Assembly: GCA_963701925.1 (NCBI GenBank)
Contig: CAVPBQ010000004.1
Location: 54,785 to 118,784, forward strand
Direction of reading: 5' to 3'
Origin: an uncultured Acidobacteriota bacterium
Lineage (GTDB): Bacteria > Acidobacteriota > Terriglobia > Terriglobales > Acidobacteriaceae
DNA: 64,000 nucleotides
The notes below the pieces were generated by a model. The model did no database searches. It was given only the letters and a program-made list of their open reading frames with translations, and had not been told where the DNA came from. Positions 27,431-36,564 of the stretch are shown piece after piece. Both the position numbers and the translations under genes were made by a program. Every line of letters starts with the position of its first letter. Position 1 is the stretch's first letter.

Positions 27431-28024
27431 TTGCGTTCGATACTACCATTCGCACTGCTCTTTGCAATCGCCTGCGCGACGGCGTCTTCGCAATCCACTT
27501 TTTCAGCTGAAATCAAGAACAGCCTGACTGACAACACCTTCCATACAAAGATTTTTTCGACGACAGGAAGGCTGCGCTTCGAAGGCATGGACAAGCAAGG
27601 CCGGCCCAACAGCATCATGCTGGTGAATCTTGCGAACCGCACCTCCGTTGTGCTGATGCCGCAGCAGCATCAATACGTCGAGAACACCGTGCCCCAGATT
27701 CCTGGGCAGGGCGTGACATTTTTCCAGGCGAAAGACGCGGAAGACGCCTGCGGCGACTATCAGCTCATCGCAGAAGCCAAGGACACAAAGTGCCGCAAAG
27801 TTGGTCATGATGCGGTGAACGGGCGCGACGCGGTGCAGTACGAATTGTCCGGAGAAAAGACCAACACCGGATTCCTGTGGGTCGACACCAAAATTTTATT
27901 TCCCGTGAAGTGGACGAACAGCGTGGGCCAAGGCGAGTTGCAAAATATTCATGAAGGCCCGCAACCTCCGGAGCTGTTCGAGATTCCCGCGGGCTACAGC
28001 AAGCGGCATTACGCCACGCCCTAG
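27431..28024 (+). CDS. secreted LolA-fold/DUF4412-like protein (paralog 2)
   Basis: TTG 27431 after GAGG, signal FALLFAIACATASSQ. Shares STFSAE, CxKVGxxxVNGR and FPVKW..xxGxGELxNIxEGxQP with paralog 1. Confidence 0.55.
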   Translation: MRSILPFALLFAIACATASSQSTFSAEIKNSLTDNTFHTKIFSTTGRLRFEGMDKQGRPNSIMLVNLANRTSVVLMPQQHQYVENTVPQIPGQGVTFFQAKDAEDACGDYQLIAEAKDTKCRKVGHDAVNGRDAVQYELSGEKTNTGFLWVDTKILFPVKWTNSVGQGELQNIHEGPQPPELFEIPAGYSKRHYATP

Positions 28025-28033
28025 GATTTTGCG

Positions 28034-28067
28034 GAGCGGGCATGTGGAGCGGGCACTCCTGCCCGCT
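28034..28067. repeat. family D palindromic repeat
   Basis: GAGCGGGCATGTGGAGCGGGCACTCCTGCCCGCT, compare 2590-2617. Confidence 0.6.
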
Positions 28068-28071
28068 GCCT

Positions 28072-28776
28072 TCACGAGAGGTAAGCCGTCGGGGGCAAGC
28101 CCGTGATGCGAATTCCTGCATGGCCCTTGTGGCGAATGTTCAGGCCAATCAGCAGTGCAGTGATCTGCTCAACGATGCGGGCATTCTCCAATTTGCCGCC
28201 GTCAACCGCGCGCACGTTCGGAATCTTCGCAGCCAGCGCGCGAACCCGCTTCACCGCTTCTGGATCGTCCGAGCAGACGATAACATCGCAATCGATGGCA
28301 GCGTCTCCGTTCAGCAGATCGGCTGAGACGCTGTGAAATGCGGCCACTACACTCACCTCTTTGGGAACCAGTTCTGCTGCCTGCTGCGCGGCCGATCCTT
28401 GCCAGACTCCGAGGGTGCGCGATGCTCGCCCGCCTACGCTAGCCGCGAGCGGGACGGTAGCATCGATGAGAGTGCTGCCTGCTTTAATCGAAGGCTTGAG
28501 TTGCTTAAGCAGCGCGGCCTGGCCTTCGAAGGGAACGGTGAGCATCAGGATGTCCGCGGCGGCGCACGCGGCGCTGTTCTCCATTCCGGAAATCTTCGAT
28601 TGCGGTCCGGCCTTCTGTTGAATCTCGGCAGCAGTTTCTTGGGCGCGAACTGCATCGCGCGAGCCAATGATCACGGTCTCGCCCACCCGCGCCCAACGGA
28701 GAGCCAGACCGATTCCCAGCGGACCTGTTCCGCCGATAATCGCAATCGCTCGCCCAGTCGATGCATTCCCGCTCAT
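28072..28776 (-). CDS. npdG: NADPH-dependent F420 reductase (Fno)
   Basis: IAIIGGTGPLGIGLALRWARVGETVIIGSR Rossmann start typical of NpdG. 4-nt overlap with cofH. Confidence 0.8.
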   Translation of the reverse strand: MSGNASTGRAIAIIGGTGPLGIGLALRWARVGETVIIGSRDAVRAQETAAEIQQKAGPQSKISGMENSAACAAADILMLTVPFEGQAALLKQLKPSIKAGSTLIDATVPLAASVGGRASRTLGVWQGSAAQQAAELVPKEVSVVAAFHSVSADLLNGDAAIDCDVIVCSDDPEAVKRVRALAAKIPNVRAVDGGKLENARIVEQITALLIGLNIRHKGHAGIRITGLPPTAYLS

Positions 28777-30005
28777 GCGAACTCGGCCTCGAACGCCTGT
28801 TCGGATGCGAACGCGTCCAGCGACTCCTTGATATGGATGCGCGAGTACGTCGTATTCCGCTCTGCCGGAATGCGCCCGATCTCAAGAATCATGGCTTGAA
28901 AATCTGCCGGGCTGGTGTACTGTCCGGCGGTTGCTCCGGCCTCGCGCGAAATATTTTCTTCCATCAGCGTGCCTCCGAAGTCATTGGCTCCGGCGTGCAG
29001 GCACAGTTGCGAGAGACGCCGATTCAGTTTCACCCATGAGACTTGAATATTGTTAATCGATCCCGCCAGAAGGATTCGCGCCAGCGCGTGCACCTTCAGA
29101 TGCTCGGCGAGCGTGGGCCCGGTGCGCGCCAGCCCTTGCTGGAACAGAAGCGTATTCTGATGCACGAATCCGAGCGGAACAAATTCGGTGAAGCCTCCGG
29201 TCTCCGACTGAATGTCGCGCAGCAGGCGCATCTGGCGCACCCAGTGCGCGGGCGTCTCGGCGTGTCCGTACATGAGCGTGGACGTGCTGCGGATGCCGCA
29301 GCGATGTGCCGTGCGGATGACCTCGATCCATTGCGCCGTCGTGAGCTTGTTCGCAGAGAGGATGTGTCGAATACCGTCGTCGAGAATTTCCGCGGCGGTG
29401 CCGGGTAACGTGCCCAGCCCGTTGTCGCGCAACATCGAAAGATAGTCCCCGAGCCGTATGCCCGTGAGTTCCACGCCGTAGACGATTTCCATCGGGGAGA
29501 ATGCATGAATATGCATCTGCGGGACGGCGGCTTTGATCGCGCGCAGTACGTCGCGATAATAAAACTTTGGCAGATCGCGGGGCAGGCCGCCTTGTATGCA
29601 GACCTCGGTTGCCCCGATTTCCCAGGCTTCGACCGCCTTGCGGGCCATGTCGTCGAGCGTGTGGAAGTAGGCATCAGACTCGCGCGGGCCGCGGCTGAAG
29701 GCGCAGAATTTGCATCCCACAAAACAAATGTTGGTGAAATTGATGTTGCGATTGACCACGTAGGTGACGATGTTGCCCGCGAGTTCGGCGCGCAGCAGAT
29801 TCGCGGCGGCGAGCAGGCCCAGCAGATCGTCGCCCGCGGAATCGGCCAGTGCGTAAGATTCTTCGAGTGTGAGGTCCGCGCCATTCTGAGTTTCGAGAAC
29901 TCTTTCGAGCGCGGCGCGCACTCCGGCAGACACGCGGGGCGCGACGTCCGGCCACTCGACTGAGGGAAATGATTCCAGTTCTGGAGAGTTCAATTCGCTG
30001 ACCAT
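28773..30005 (-). CDS. cofH: FO synthase subunit 2 (radical SAM)
   Basis: NINFTNICFVGCKFCAFSR CxxxCxxC radical SAM motif. Lies in a cluster with cofC/D/E/G. Confidence 0.85.
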   Translation of the reverse strand: MVSELNSPELESFPSVEWPDVAPRVSAGVRAALERVLETQNGADLTLEESYALADSAGDDLLGLLAAANLLRAELAGNIVTYVVNRNINFTNICFVGCKFCAFSRGPRESDAYFHTLDDMARKAVEAWEIGATEVCIQGGLPRDLPKFYYRDVLRAIKAAVPQMHIHAFSPMEIVYGVELTGIRLGDYLSMLRDNGLGTLPGTAAEILDDGIRHILSANKLTTAQWIEVIRTAHRCGIRSTSTLMYGHAETPAHWVRQMRLLRDIQSETGGFTEFVPLGFVHQNTLLFQQGLARTGPTLAEHLKVHALARILLAGSINNIQVSWVKLNRRLSQLCLHAGANDFGGTLMEENISREAGATAGQYTSPADFQAMILEIGRIPAERNTTYSRIHIKESLDAFASEQAFEAEFA

Positions 30006-30100
30006 GCTTCCTCCGTTGAAGCGCGCTTGCTTCTCGCCTCATGATTGATCGTCATCAAGGGCGAGAGGTTGCCAGCAACGTTGGTACAGTTTAACGGAAT

Positions 30101-30937
30101 TTAGCGAAACAGATCTGTCGCCGGCGACCGCAGTAACTCGCGCACGCTTCCCTTGCCGGCTTCATATTGAAATCCGCGAACGATGCAGGCCGGAGTGCGA
30201 TTAAGTTTGCCGCAGACCAGTCCGGCGGCTGCGGCAAGTTCGTCGGCAATGGCCTCTACACTGGCTTTCAGCTTGTATCCATGCGGATCGCGTCGCCCGC
30301 GATCGTCACGCACAGGCTTCATGCCGGCAACGCCGATTGCAAAATCGGTAAGTCCTTCGCGCCACGGGCGTCCAAAACTATCAGTAATGATGACCGGGAT
30401 TTCGAGGCGAGTACATTTTTTTATTTCTTGCCTCAGCTTCGCAGCGGAAAGGTCCGGATCGTCCGGCAGAAGCAACGCTTGTTCGCCGCCATTCACGTTG
30501 GAAACGTCGATGCCGCTGTTGGCGCACAGAAATCCGTGATGCGTTTCGGTGATGAGCACTCCGTTTTGCCGTCGGATGACGGCGCGACTCTCGCGCAGCG
30601 CCAGTTCGATGACACGCGCATCGAGCTTGTATTGCTTCGCCCAAACTTCCGATTCAGCTGAGGGTTTGACGGCCGCAAGATCGATCACGCGGCCTTCGGA
30701 TTTCGACACGATCTTGTGTTTCACGACGAGGATGTCGCCTAGGCGAAGACTGATCCGGCAGCGGCGCAGGGATGCGAGCAGCTTCTCGGCAACAGAATCC
30801 CCGGGATGGATCTCGTCGGTAAAAGTAACCGGGATCAGGCGGAGTTCGGTCGATGAAGCGAGCGGCAGCTTCTTTCGCCGCTTCGCGACTGACCTTTTTC
30901 TGTTCGCGTCCGACTGGCGCATATTGATATTTATCAA
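30101..30937 (-). CDS. cofE: coenzyme F420-0:L-glutamate ligase (single-domain CofE)
   Basis: ILVVKHKIVSKSEGR, ETHHGFLCANSGIDVSN, ITDSFGRPWREG. TTG start overlaps the cofC stop (TTGA); an alternative ATG is at 30922. Confidence 0.85.
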   Translation of the reverse strand: MININMRQSDANRKRSVAKRRKKLPLASSTELRLIPVTFTDEIHPGDSVAEKLLASLRRCRISLRLGDILVVKHKIVSKSEGRVIDLAAVKPSAESEVWAKQYKLDARVIELALRESRAVIRRQNGVLITETHHGFLCANSGIDVSNVNGGEQALLLPDDPDLSAAKLRQEIKKCTRLEIPVIITDSFGRPWREGLTDFAIGVAGMKPVRDDRGRRDPHGYKLKASVEAIADELAAAAGLVCGKLNRTPACIVRGFQYEAGKGSVRELLRSPATDLFR

Positions 30938-31623
30938 TGCAGACTATCGCGGCTCGGCTCGACAGGCAATTCATTCTTCCGCACACGGTCCAAGCCCGCG
31001 CGCGCATATGCGCGGCCCAGGCGCTGGGCGCGGGTTTCGCCAGGAAGCGAAATCAAATGCTGCAGATCCGATGGATTATCCACATCAACGGCAATGCCCG
31101 GAAGCTCCAGCACGACGCATGGCTTGGCCGTAGCATTGGCCGCGGCATGATGCGGTTTAAAGCTGTCGTTGCCGAAGCGCAGCGGAAACAGATTTGCGGG
31201 CCGGCGCAAAGCGGCGTTGGTGCCTCGCCCGTCGCCCGCCGGGACCAGCACCGTGCCTTCATCCGGTGCATGCTTCAGAATTTCTTCCAGCTCCCAACTT
31301 TGAATCAGCGGGATATCGCCGGGGATCACTAACGTGAAATCCACGCCTCGTTCGATGCACACGCGAGTTGCCATCTCGATGGCGCCGGTTTCCCCAGGAT
31401 TGTCCGGGTCATGGATTATCTCAAAGTTATAGCCCGCGGCTAACTCACTGGCATATGGATCGCCGGTCACCACCGCGACCCTCGGGCGATCTTTCCAGCC
31501 ATGCAGCGCGCTGAGAACATCATGCAGCATGGCCTGCGCGAGTTTCGTGCGCGAAGGCTGGTCGAGGACATCGGCGAGACGCTGCTTCGCCGATGCCATG
31601 TTCTTGACTGGAATCAGAATCAC
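30934..31623 (-). CDS. cofC: 2-phospho-L-lactate (or PEP/3PG) guanylyltransferase CofC/FbiD
   Basis: ILIPVKNMASAKQRL ... VVTGD ... VIPGDIPL. GTG at 31623 lies two nt after the cofD stop; the longer ORF overlaps cofD and is Arg-rich junk. Confidence 0.75.
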   Translation of the reverse strand: MILIPVKNMASAKQRLADVLDQPSRTKLAQAMLHDVLSALHGWKDRPRVAVVTGDPYASELAAGYNFEIIHDPDNPGETGAIEMATRVCIERGVDFTLVIPGDIPLIQSWELEEILKHAPDEGTVLVPAGDGRGTNAALRRPANLFPLRFGNDSFKPHHAAANATAKPCVVLELPGIAVDVDNPSDLQHLISLPGETRAQRLGRAYARAGLDRVRKNELPVEPSRDSLH

Positions 31624-31625
31624 GA

Positions 31626-32603
31626 CTAGCTTTCCACGCCGCGAGATCCGCCCACCGCGGCTTCCCCGCGCAGCAAATCGCCGCACGCCAGGCCCAGAAC
31701 TTCGCGCGCCAGAGTGGCCTTGTCTTCCGAGCTGCGCATGATCGTCTGGGTGCATTGCACGCGCAGGCCAGCTTTGCGCACGGTTTCGGCGGCGCGGGCG
31801 TCGCGCGTATCGCAGATCAGGATATCGAGAAATTCTTCGTAGGCCTTGGCGATGCCTGCGATCGAGCATGGCAAGCCTTGAGCCTGCATCAGGATTCCGG
31901 CCGGACCGGCCACCGGCGCGTTGCCCACGATCGGACTGATGGCGGCAATTTTTCCTCGCGCCCGCGTTAGCGCCAGGCGAATGCCCGGCACGGCAAGAAT
32001 CGGTCCGATGCTGGTTACCGGATTACTGGGTGCAATCAAAACCGCATCCGCTGAAGTAATGGCGTCGATCACGCCCGGGGCCGGTTCGGCATCCGAGGCA
32101 CCGGCGAAGCGCACCGATTTCACTGGATCCTGATACCAGCGCTGCACAAAATATTCCTCGAAGCTCAGTTCTCCCGCCGGAGTGTCGACGCGCGTCTCAA
32201 TCCGCTGATCGCTCATGGGAAGCACGCGCGCTTTCACTCCCAATTTTTCCGAGATCACATTGGTGGCTTCAGACAGCGTCTTGCCTTCGGCCAGCAGCCG
32301 CGATCGCAGCAGGTGCATGGCCAGGTCGCGGTCTCCGGTGTGGAACCACGTCGGCTCCCCGAGTTGCCCCATCGCCTGCAGGCACAAAAAAGTATCGCCC
32401 TTCACGCCCCATCCGCGCTCGCGGCTGAGCATGCCGGAAAGAACGTAGGTGATCGAATCGATGTCGGGCGAGACGTAGAGTCCCCACCACAGCAGATCGT
32501 CGCCGGTGTTGACGACCAGCACAATTTCTTCGGCCGGCATCACCTGCCGGAGACCGTCAACGAATTTCGCGCCCCCCGTGCCGCCGCTGAGAACGCAGAT
32601 CAT
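31626..32603 (-). CDS. cofD: 2-phospho-L-lactate transferase
   Basis: MICVLSGGTGGAKFVDGL ... NTGDD ... PSNPVTSIGPIL. Confidence 0.9.
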   Translation of the reverse strand: MICVLSGGTGGAKFVDGLRQVMPAEEIVLVVNTGDDLLWWGLYVSPDIDSITYVLSGMLSRERGWGVKGDTFLCLQAMGQLGEPTWFHTGDRDLAMHLLRSRLLAEGKTLSEATNVISEKLGVKARVLPMSDQRIETRVDTPAGELSFEEYFVQRWYQDPVKSVRFAGASDAEPAPGVIDAITSADAVLIAPSNPVTSIGPILAVPGIRLALTRARGKIAAISPIVGNAPVAGPAGILMQAQGLPCSIAGIAKAYEEFLDILICDTRDARAAETVRKAGLRVQCTQTIMRSSEDKATLAREVLGLACGDLLRGEAAVGGSRGVES

Positions 32604-33793
32604 GCTGCCCTCTTTATTCTTGCTAGACCGTCGTCATCCGTGAGTGCGCCCAATTTTTGCGCGAGCAGGCCGGGCGTCGCCGCCAGCGCTCCCGCGAACT
32701 CCGGATACACCGGCAGCCGCTGGCGCAATTCGCATCCCTTGGATTCCGTGCGCAGGCGCAACTGCTCCACATGCGGCCAGGGTTTTTCCGGATTGATATA
32801 GTCAGGGGTCAGCGGCGAAACTCCTCCCCAATCATTAATGCCAGCATCGATCAAGTCTTCATAGTACGGCGCGGAGAGATTGGGCGGAGCCTGAATATTG
32901 ACGTTGGGGAGTAACAATCGAGCTACTGCCACCGCGCGCAGCATATCGCCGCGGTCGGGCTCGGCCCATTTCGCCATAGGGATGGAGGGCTTGACCCGGA
33001 AATTCTGCACGATCACTTCCTGGATGTGTCCATACCGCGCCTGCAGATCGCGAATGGCGAGCAGCGTGTCGACGCGGTCTTCGATCGATTCGCCAATGCC
33101 GATCAGCAACCCCGTAGTGAACGGCACACCCAGCCTCCCCGCGTCTTCAATCGTGCGCAGGCGTTTCGCCGGCAGCTTGTCGGGAGCATTATCGTGAGCT
33201 GTGCCAGGTGCGAGCAGCGCGGCATTGGTCGTTTCCAGCATCAGGCCCATGCTAGGGGAAACCGCGGCCAGGCGGGCAATCCATTCCGCGCTCAGCAGCC
33301 CGGGATTCGGGTGCGGCAGCAGACTGGTTTCGCGCAGCACCAGTTCGCACATGGCCTCAAGATAGTGCAGCGTCGACTTGTACCCGAGGTGGCGCAGCGC
33401 CTCGCGCATCTCCGGGAACAGTAGTTCCGGCTTGTCGCCCAGACTGAAGAGCGCTTCGGTGCAGCCCAGTTTTTCTCCCGCGCGAGCTACCGCGAGAACT
33501 TCTTCAGGCGTCATCGTGTGCGCTCCAGGATCGCCGGGGTCGCGGCGAAAGGTGCAATATCCGCAATAGTCACGGCATAGATTGGTCAACGGCAGGAAAA
33601 CTTTGCGCGAGTAGGTGATGACGGTAGGCTTGAAGCGCTCTTTCGCGGCGCGGGCCGCCGCAAGAAGCGACGGGAGATCGTCGTCGGAACATCCGATCAG
33701 TTTGAAGGCCGCGTCGCGCGAAATCGATTCGCCGGAGCGAACACTCGTCAGAGTTTCGACTACACTCATTCCCGCACTGGCCATCGGGGTCAT
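32600..33793 (-). CDS. cofG: FO synthase subunit 1 (radical SAM)
   Basis: LPLTNLCRDYCGYCTFRR. 4-nt overlap with cofD. Start 33793 (MTPMA) or 33850. Confidence 0.85.
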   Translation of the reverse strand: MTPMASAGMSVVETLTSVRSGESISRDAAFKLIGCSDDDLPSLLAAARAAKERFKPTVITYSRKVFLPLTNLCRDYCGYCTFRRDPGDPGAHTMTPEEVLAVARAGEKLGCTEALFSLGDKPELLFPEMREALRHLGYKSTLHYLEAMCELVLRETSLLPHPNPGLLSAEWIARLAAVSPSMGLMLETTNAALLAPGTAHDNAPDKLPAKRLRTIEDAGRLGVPFTTGLLIGIGESIEDRVDTLLAIRDLQARYGHIQEVIVQNFRVKPSIPMAKWAEPDRGDMLRAVAVARLLLPNVNIQAPPNLSAPYYEDLIDAGINDWGGVSPLTPDYINPEKPWPHVEQLRLRTESKGCELRQRLPVYPEFAGALAATPGLLAQKLGALTDDDGLARIKRAA

Positions 33794-33854
33794 GCTGCTC
33801 GAATGATACAACGGCAGGACATGGTAATGTAGGCGGTTGCAGAGGCCCATCCGT

Positions 33855-33931
33855 AGAGACGTAGCTCGCTACGTCTCTGCCGGCAGCGCGTCAAATGGTG
33901 GGAAACAGAGAGACGTTGCAGCAACGTCTCT
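33855..33931. repeat. two family B palindromes (AGAGACGTAGC-N-GCTACGTCTCT type)
   Basis: AGAGACGTAGCTCGCTACGTCTCT (33855-33878) and AGAGACGTTGCAGCAACGTCTCT (33909-33931). Confidence 0.75.
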
Positions 33932-33936
33932 AGGAT

Positions 33937-34437
33937 ATGACTTTGAATCCTTCCGAATTTCGCAAGGCGATGGGCAGTTTCGCCACCGGTGTCACGATCA
34001 TCACCGTCGACCTCGACGGCGAAGTCCACGGCATGACCGCGAACGCCTTCGCCTCGGTGTCACTCGATCCCCTGCTGGTGCTGGTTTGCGTCGATCACAG
34101 CACACGCACCCACGCCCATCTGCACGCCAAAAAAAGGTTTGGCATCAACGTGCTCTGCGAAGATCAGCGGGCGATTTCGGAATACTACGCCCGCCCCGAA
34201 CGCTCTCACGAACACGCCGAGGCCGAGGCCGGAGCCCGCTTCGAGCGTACGAAACAAGGCACTCCCATCCTGCACGGAGCGCTGGCTTATCTCGAGTGCC
34301 GCCTGCACTCGGCGCAGCAGGCCGGCGACCACACCATCTTCATCGCAGAAGTCGAGGATGTCGTAGTAGGCGAGGGCGACCCGCTACTCTATTTCAAGGC
34401 GAAGTATCGCAAGGTGGGCGAAGACGTGGATAAGTAG
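33937..34437 (+). CDS. flavin reductase family protein (FMN-binding split barrel)
   Basis: FRKAMGSFATGVTIITV ... HGMTANAFASVSLDPLLVLVC ... GDHTIFIAEV. Confidence 0.8.
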   Translation: MTLNPSEFRKAMGSFATGVTIITVDLDGEVHGMTANAFASVSLDPLLVLVCVDHSTRTHAHLHAKKRFGINVLCEDQRAISEYYARPERSHEHAEAEAGARFERTKQGTPILHGALAYLECRLHSAQQAGDHTIFIAEVEDVVVGEGDPLLYFKAKYRKVGEDVDK

Positions 34438-34480
34438 TCCCCGTTGATCTCTGTCACTTTTTCGCCCCGGAAACATCCAA

Positions 34481-34494
34481 CTATTGCACAATAG
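34481..34494. promoter_or_regulatory. 14-bp palindrome upstream of msrB (possible operator)
   Basis: CTATTGCACAATAG, 24 nt upstream of the msrB ATG. Confidence 0.2.
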
Positions 34495-34517
34495 AAAATT
34501 GAAAACGGAGCGGATCT

Positions 34518-34934
34518 ATGACCGAGAAGACGGCAGAGAAAATCACAAAATCGGAAGCGGAGTGGAAGAAGCAACTCACCGACGAGCAATATCACGTAAC
34601 CCGCGAAGCCGGCACCGAGCGCGCCTTCACCGGCAAGTACTGGGACAATCACGACACCGGGATGTATCACTGCGTATGCTGTAACGCCCCGCTATTTAGT
34701 TCGAAGACCAAATTCAATTCCGGCACCGGCTGGCCCAGCTTTTTCGAACCGGTCGAGAATGGTGGCGTGGTCGAGCACCGCGACACGCAGTACGGCATGG
34801 TGCGAACCGAAGTTCGCTGCGCCAAGTGCGACGCACACCTAGGCCACAAATTTGAAGATGGGCCGGCGCCAACCGGGATGCGCTACTGCATGAATTCAGC
34901 CGCGTTAGATTTCAAAAGCGCCGGGAAAAAATAA
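34518..34934 (+). CDS. msrB: peptide-methionine (R)-S-oxide reductase
   Basis: [46 protein letters not shown]. Confidence 0.95.
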   Translation: MTEKTAEKITKSEAEWKKQLTDEQYHVTREAGTERAFTGKYWDNHDTGMYHCVCCNAPLFSSKTKFNSGTGWPSFFEPVENGGVVEHRDTQYGMVRTEVRCAKCDAHLGHKFEDGPAPTGMRYCMNSAALDFKSAGKK

Positions 34935-34945
34935 GACCCAATCGT

Positions 34946-34979
34946 AGAGACGTAGCTAGCTACGTCTCGGCCGGCAGAT
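34946..34979. repeat. family B palindrome
   Basis: AGAGACGTAGCTAGCTACGTCTC followed by GGCCGGCAG, as at 33855-33887. Confidence 0.7.
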
Positions 34980-35014
34980 TGCAAATCATGGTAAGAGAGA
35001 CGTACCCAGAAGCC

Positions 35015-35047
35015 AAAAGGGGCACGCGCAAGCGTGCCCCTCTTTTC
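35015..35047. terminator. bidirectional intrinsic terminator between msrB and bactofilin
   Basis: AAAA-GGGGCACGC-GCAA-GCGTGCCCC-TCTTTT. Confidence 0.6.
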
Positions 35048-35073
35048 CCTCTCGACACAATTTCGCGAGCAGC

Positions 35074-35568
35074 CTATGCGCTGGCAGTAGCAGCCAGGGC
35101 CTTCGGCGTTTCCACCGGCTTGGCCTGCGTCTGCACGTGCGGCTGCTCCTTGTGCTTGACTTCGTTGCGGACCTGGATTCCGCCCTTCAGCGCCGCGCCG
35201 TCTTCCACGCTGATGCGCACCGTGGAGATGTCGCCATTCACCGAACCTTCGCTGCGAATGTCCACCCGGTCGCTGCACTCGATGTTGCCCGTCACCTTGC
35301 CCATAATCACCACTTCGCGGGCTTGAATGCTGGCATCCACTTTGCCGTTCCGGCCAATGGTGACACGGCTTTCCGGCATGTTGATCTTGCCTTCGATGCA
35401 GCCATCGACATAAAGCGCTTCGGAGCCGCTGATTTCGCCCTTAATGGTGAGCGTGCGGCCAATCGTAGCCTGATCGACCGGCGCGGTCACGTTCTTAGCG
35501 GGGTTGTACGCGTTGGGGTTGGAAGCCGGAGCGTTCGACTTGTTGAAAGCATCTGACGACTGAAGCAT
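35074..35568 (-). CDS. bactofilin family cytoskeletal protein
   Basis: Repetitive beta-helix pattern IKGEISGSEALYVDGCIEGKINMPESRVTIGRNGKVDASIQAREVVIMGKVTGNIEC. Confidence 0.85.
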   Translation of the reverse strand: MLQSSDAFNKSNAPASNPNAYNPAKNVTAPVDQATIGRTLTIKGEISGSEALYVDGCIEGKINMPESRVTIGRNGKVDASIQAREVVIMGKVTGNIECSDRVDIRSEGSVNGDISTVRISVEDGAALKGGIQVRNEVKHKEQPHVQTQAKPVETPKALAATASA

Positions 35569-35787
35569 GCGACCTTCCTTGGTCCGCTGCGGCGATTGCT
35601 CAGCTGGCGCCGGCTGACGCGGTGGCTCTGGGATTTTTTAGCCCGGCAGTTGCTGGCCATTGGGCCAACTCGAATATCGCACAGGGGTAAGCCAAACCTT
35701 AAGATTACGGAAGGTGCTGTACGAGCGCGGAGGATAGATTTGCCAATAGAACGGCGTTCGAGACTAGCGATGTTCGGGTCGCGAAGC

Positions 35788-36564
35788 CTAGAATTCCACC
35801 CACTGGTCATCGGCGCGGGATCTCGTGAAGAGTTGAATTCCGTTGCACTCTGATTGCACACCTTTGATCTCGGGAATTGACTCTTCACTCGCCGCAGGGT
35901 CCAGAACAAGGGCAAGGGAGCGGTTATCGAAGCCTGCTTCGCCTTTTTTCGGCAGCGCCAACCGCACCGCGTAAACGCCTTGACCGTTGGCGGCGAATTC
36001 GAAGTCGCCGTTTACATCTGTGCTTTTAGATTCGAGGACCCGCCCTGAGTACAGGTCGCGCAGTTCGACCGTCGATCCCCGCAGAGGAACCGCTGGACTG
36101 CCCCCTCCTTCTTCGGAAACCGAGAATCTTCCCCTCGGGCTTCGGACAACGATGGCATGTTCGGGCCACTCTACAGCCTCCTCCTCGATGGATGGATATT
36201 TAGCTTTAACTTCCAGATTGGTGGAAGGAAAGAGCAGGCCGTCGGTCGAATCCGCAACGTAGCTTCCCGCCGGAACCGCGTGGAAGTGCACAACACCGCG
36301 AGAGTCAGTTTTCGACGTCGCTACTACGTCGCCTCCGCTGTTGCGGAGCTCGATCTTATTCCCCAAAATAGGTGCGCCGCGGAACGATACCTTCAACGAG
36401 AAGTCAGAACCCACTTCCTCCATGGAGAATATCCAGCTGACATCGCAGTTCAACCACTTCCTCTGAGTTGGGACATCATCCTGGGACTGAGCTCGGCACG
36501 TAACGAGACTGCCCACAAACGCGAGCGCCAATAAGCTCACGCGAAATTTTGACGGTGTAGTCAT
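35788..36564 (-). CDS. secreted protein with two carboxypeptidase-regulatory-like (prealbumin-fold) repeats
   Basis: Signal peptide. ELRNSGGDVVATSKTDSRGVVHFHAVPAGSY and VELRDLYSGRVLESKSTDVNGDFEFAANGQGVYAV. AT-richer than its surroundings. Confidence 0.5.
   Translation of the reverse strand: MTTPSKFRVSLLALAFVGSLVTCRAQSQDDVPTQRKWLNCDVSWIFSMEEVGSDFSLKVSFRGAPILGNKIELRNSGGDVVATSKTDSRGVVHFHAVPAGSYVADSTDGLLFPSTNLEVKAKYPSIEEEAVEWPEHAIVVRSPRGRFSVSEEGGGSPAVPLRGSTVELRDLYSGRVLESKSTDVNGDFEFAANGQGVYAVRLALPKKGEAGFDNRSLALVLDPAASEESIPEIKGVQSECNGIQLFTRSRADDQWVEF

Noticed and set aside
28773-33850. The two radical SAM genes as MqnE/MqnC of the futalosine pathway (mqnA and an mqnD-like gene are in the window)
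   Set aside because: They flank cofD, cofC and cofE with overlapping stop/start codons and are followed by npdG. This context fits CofH/CofG. The mqn genes lie 20-30 kb away in unrelated contexts.
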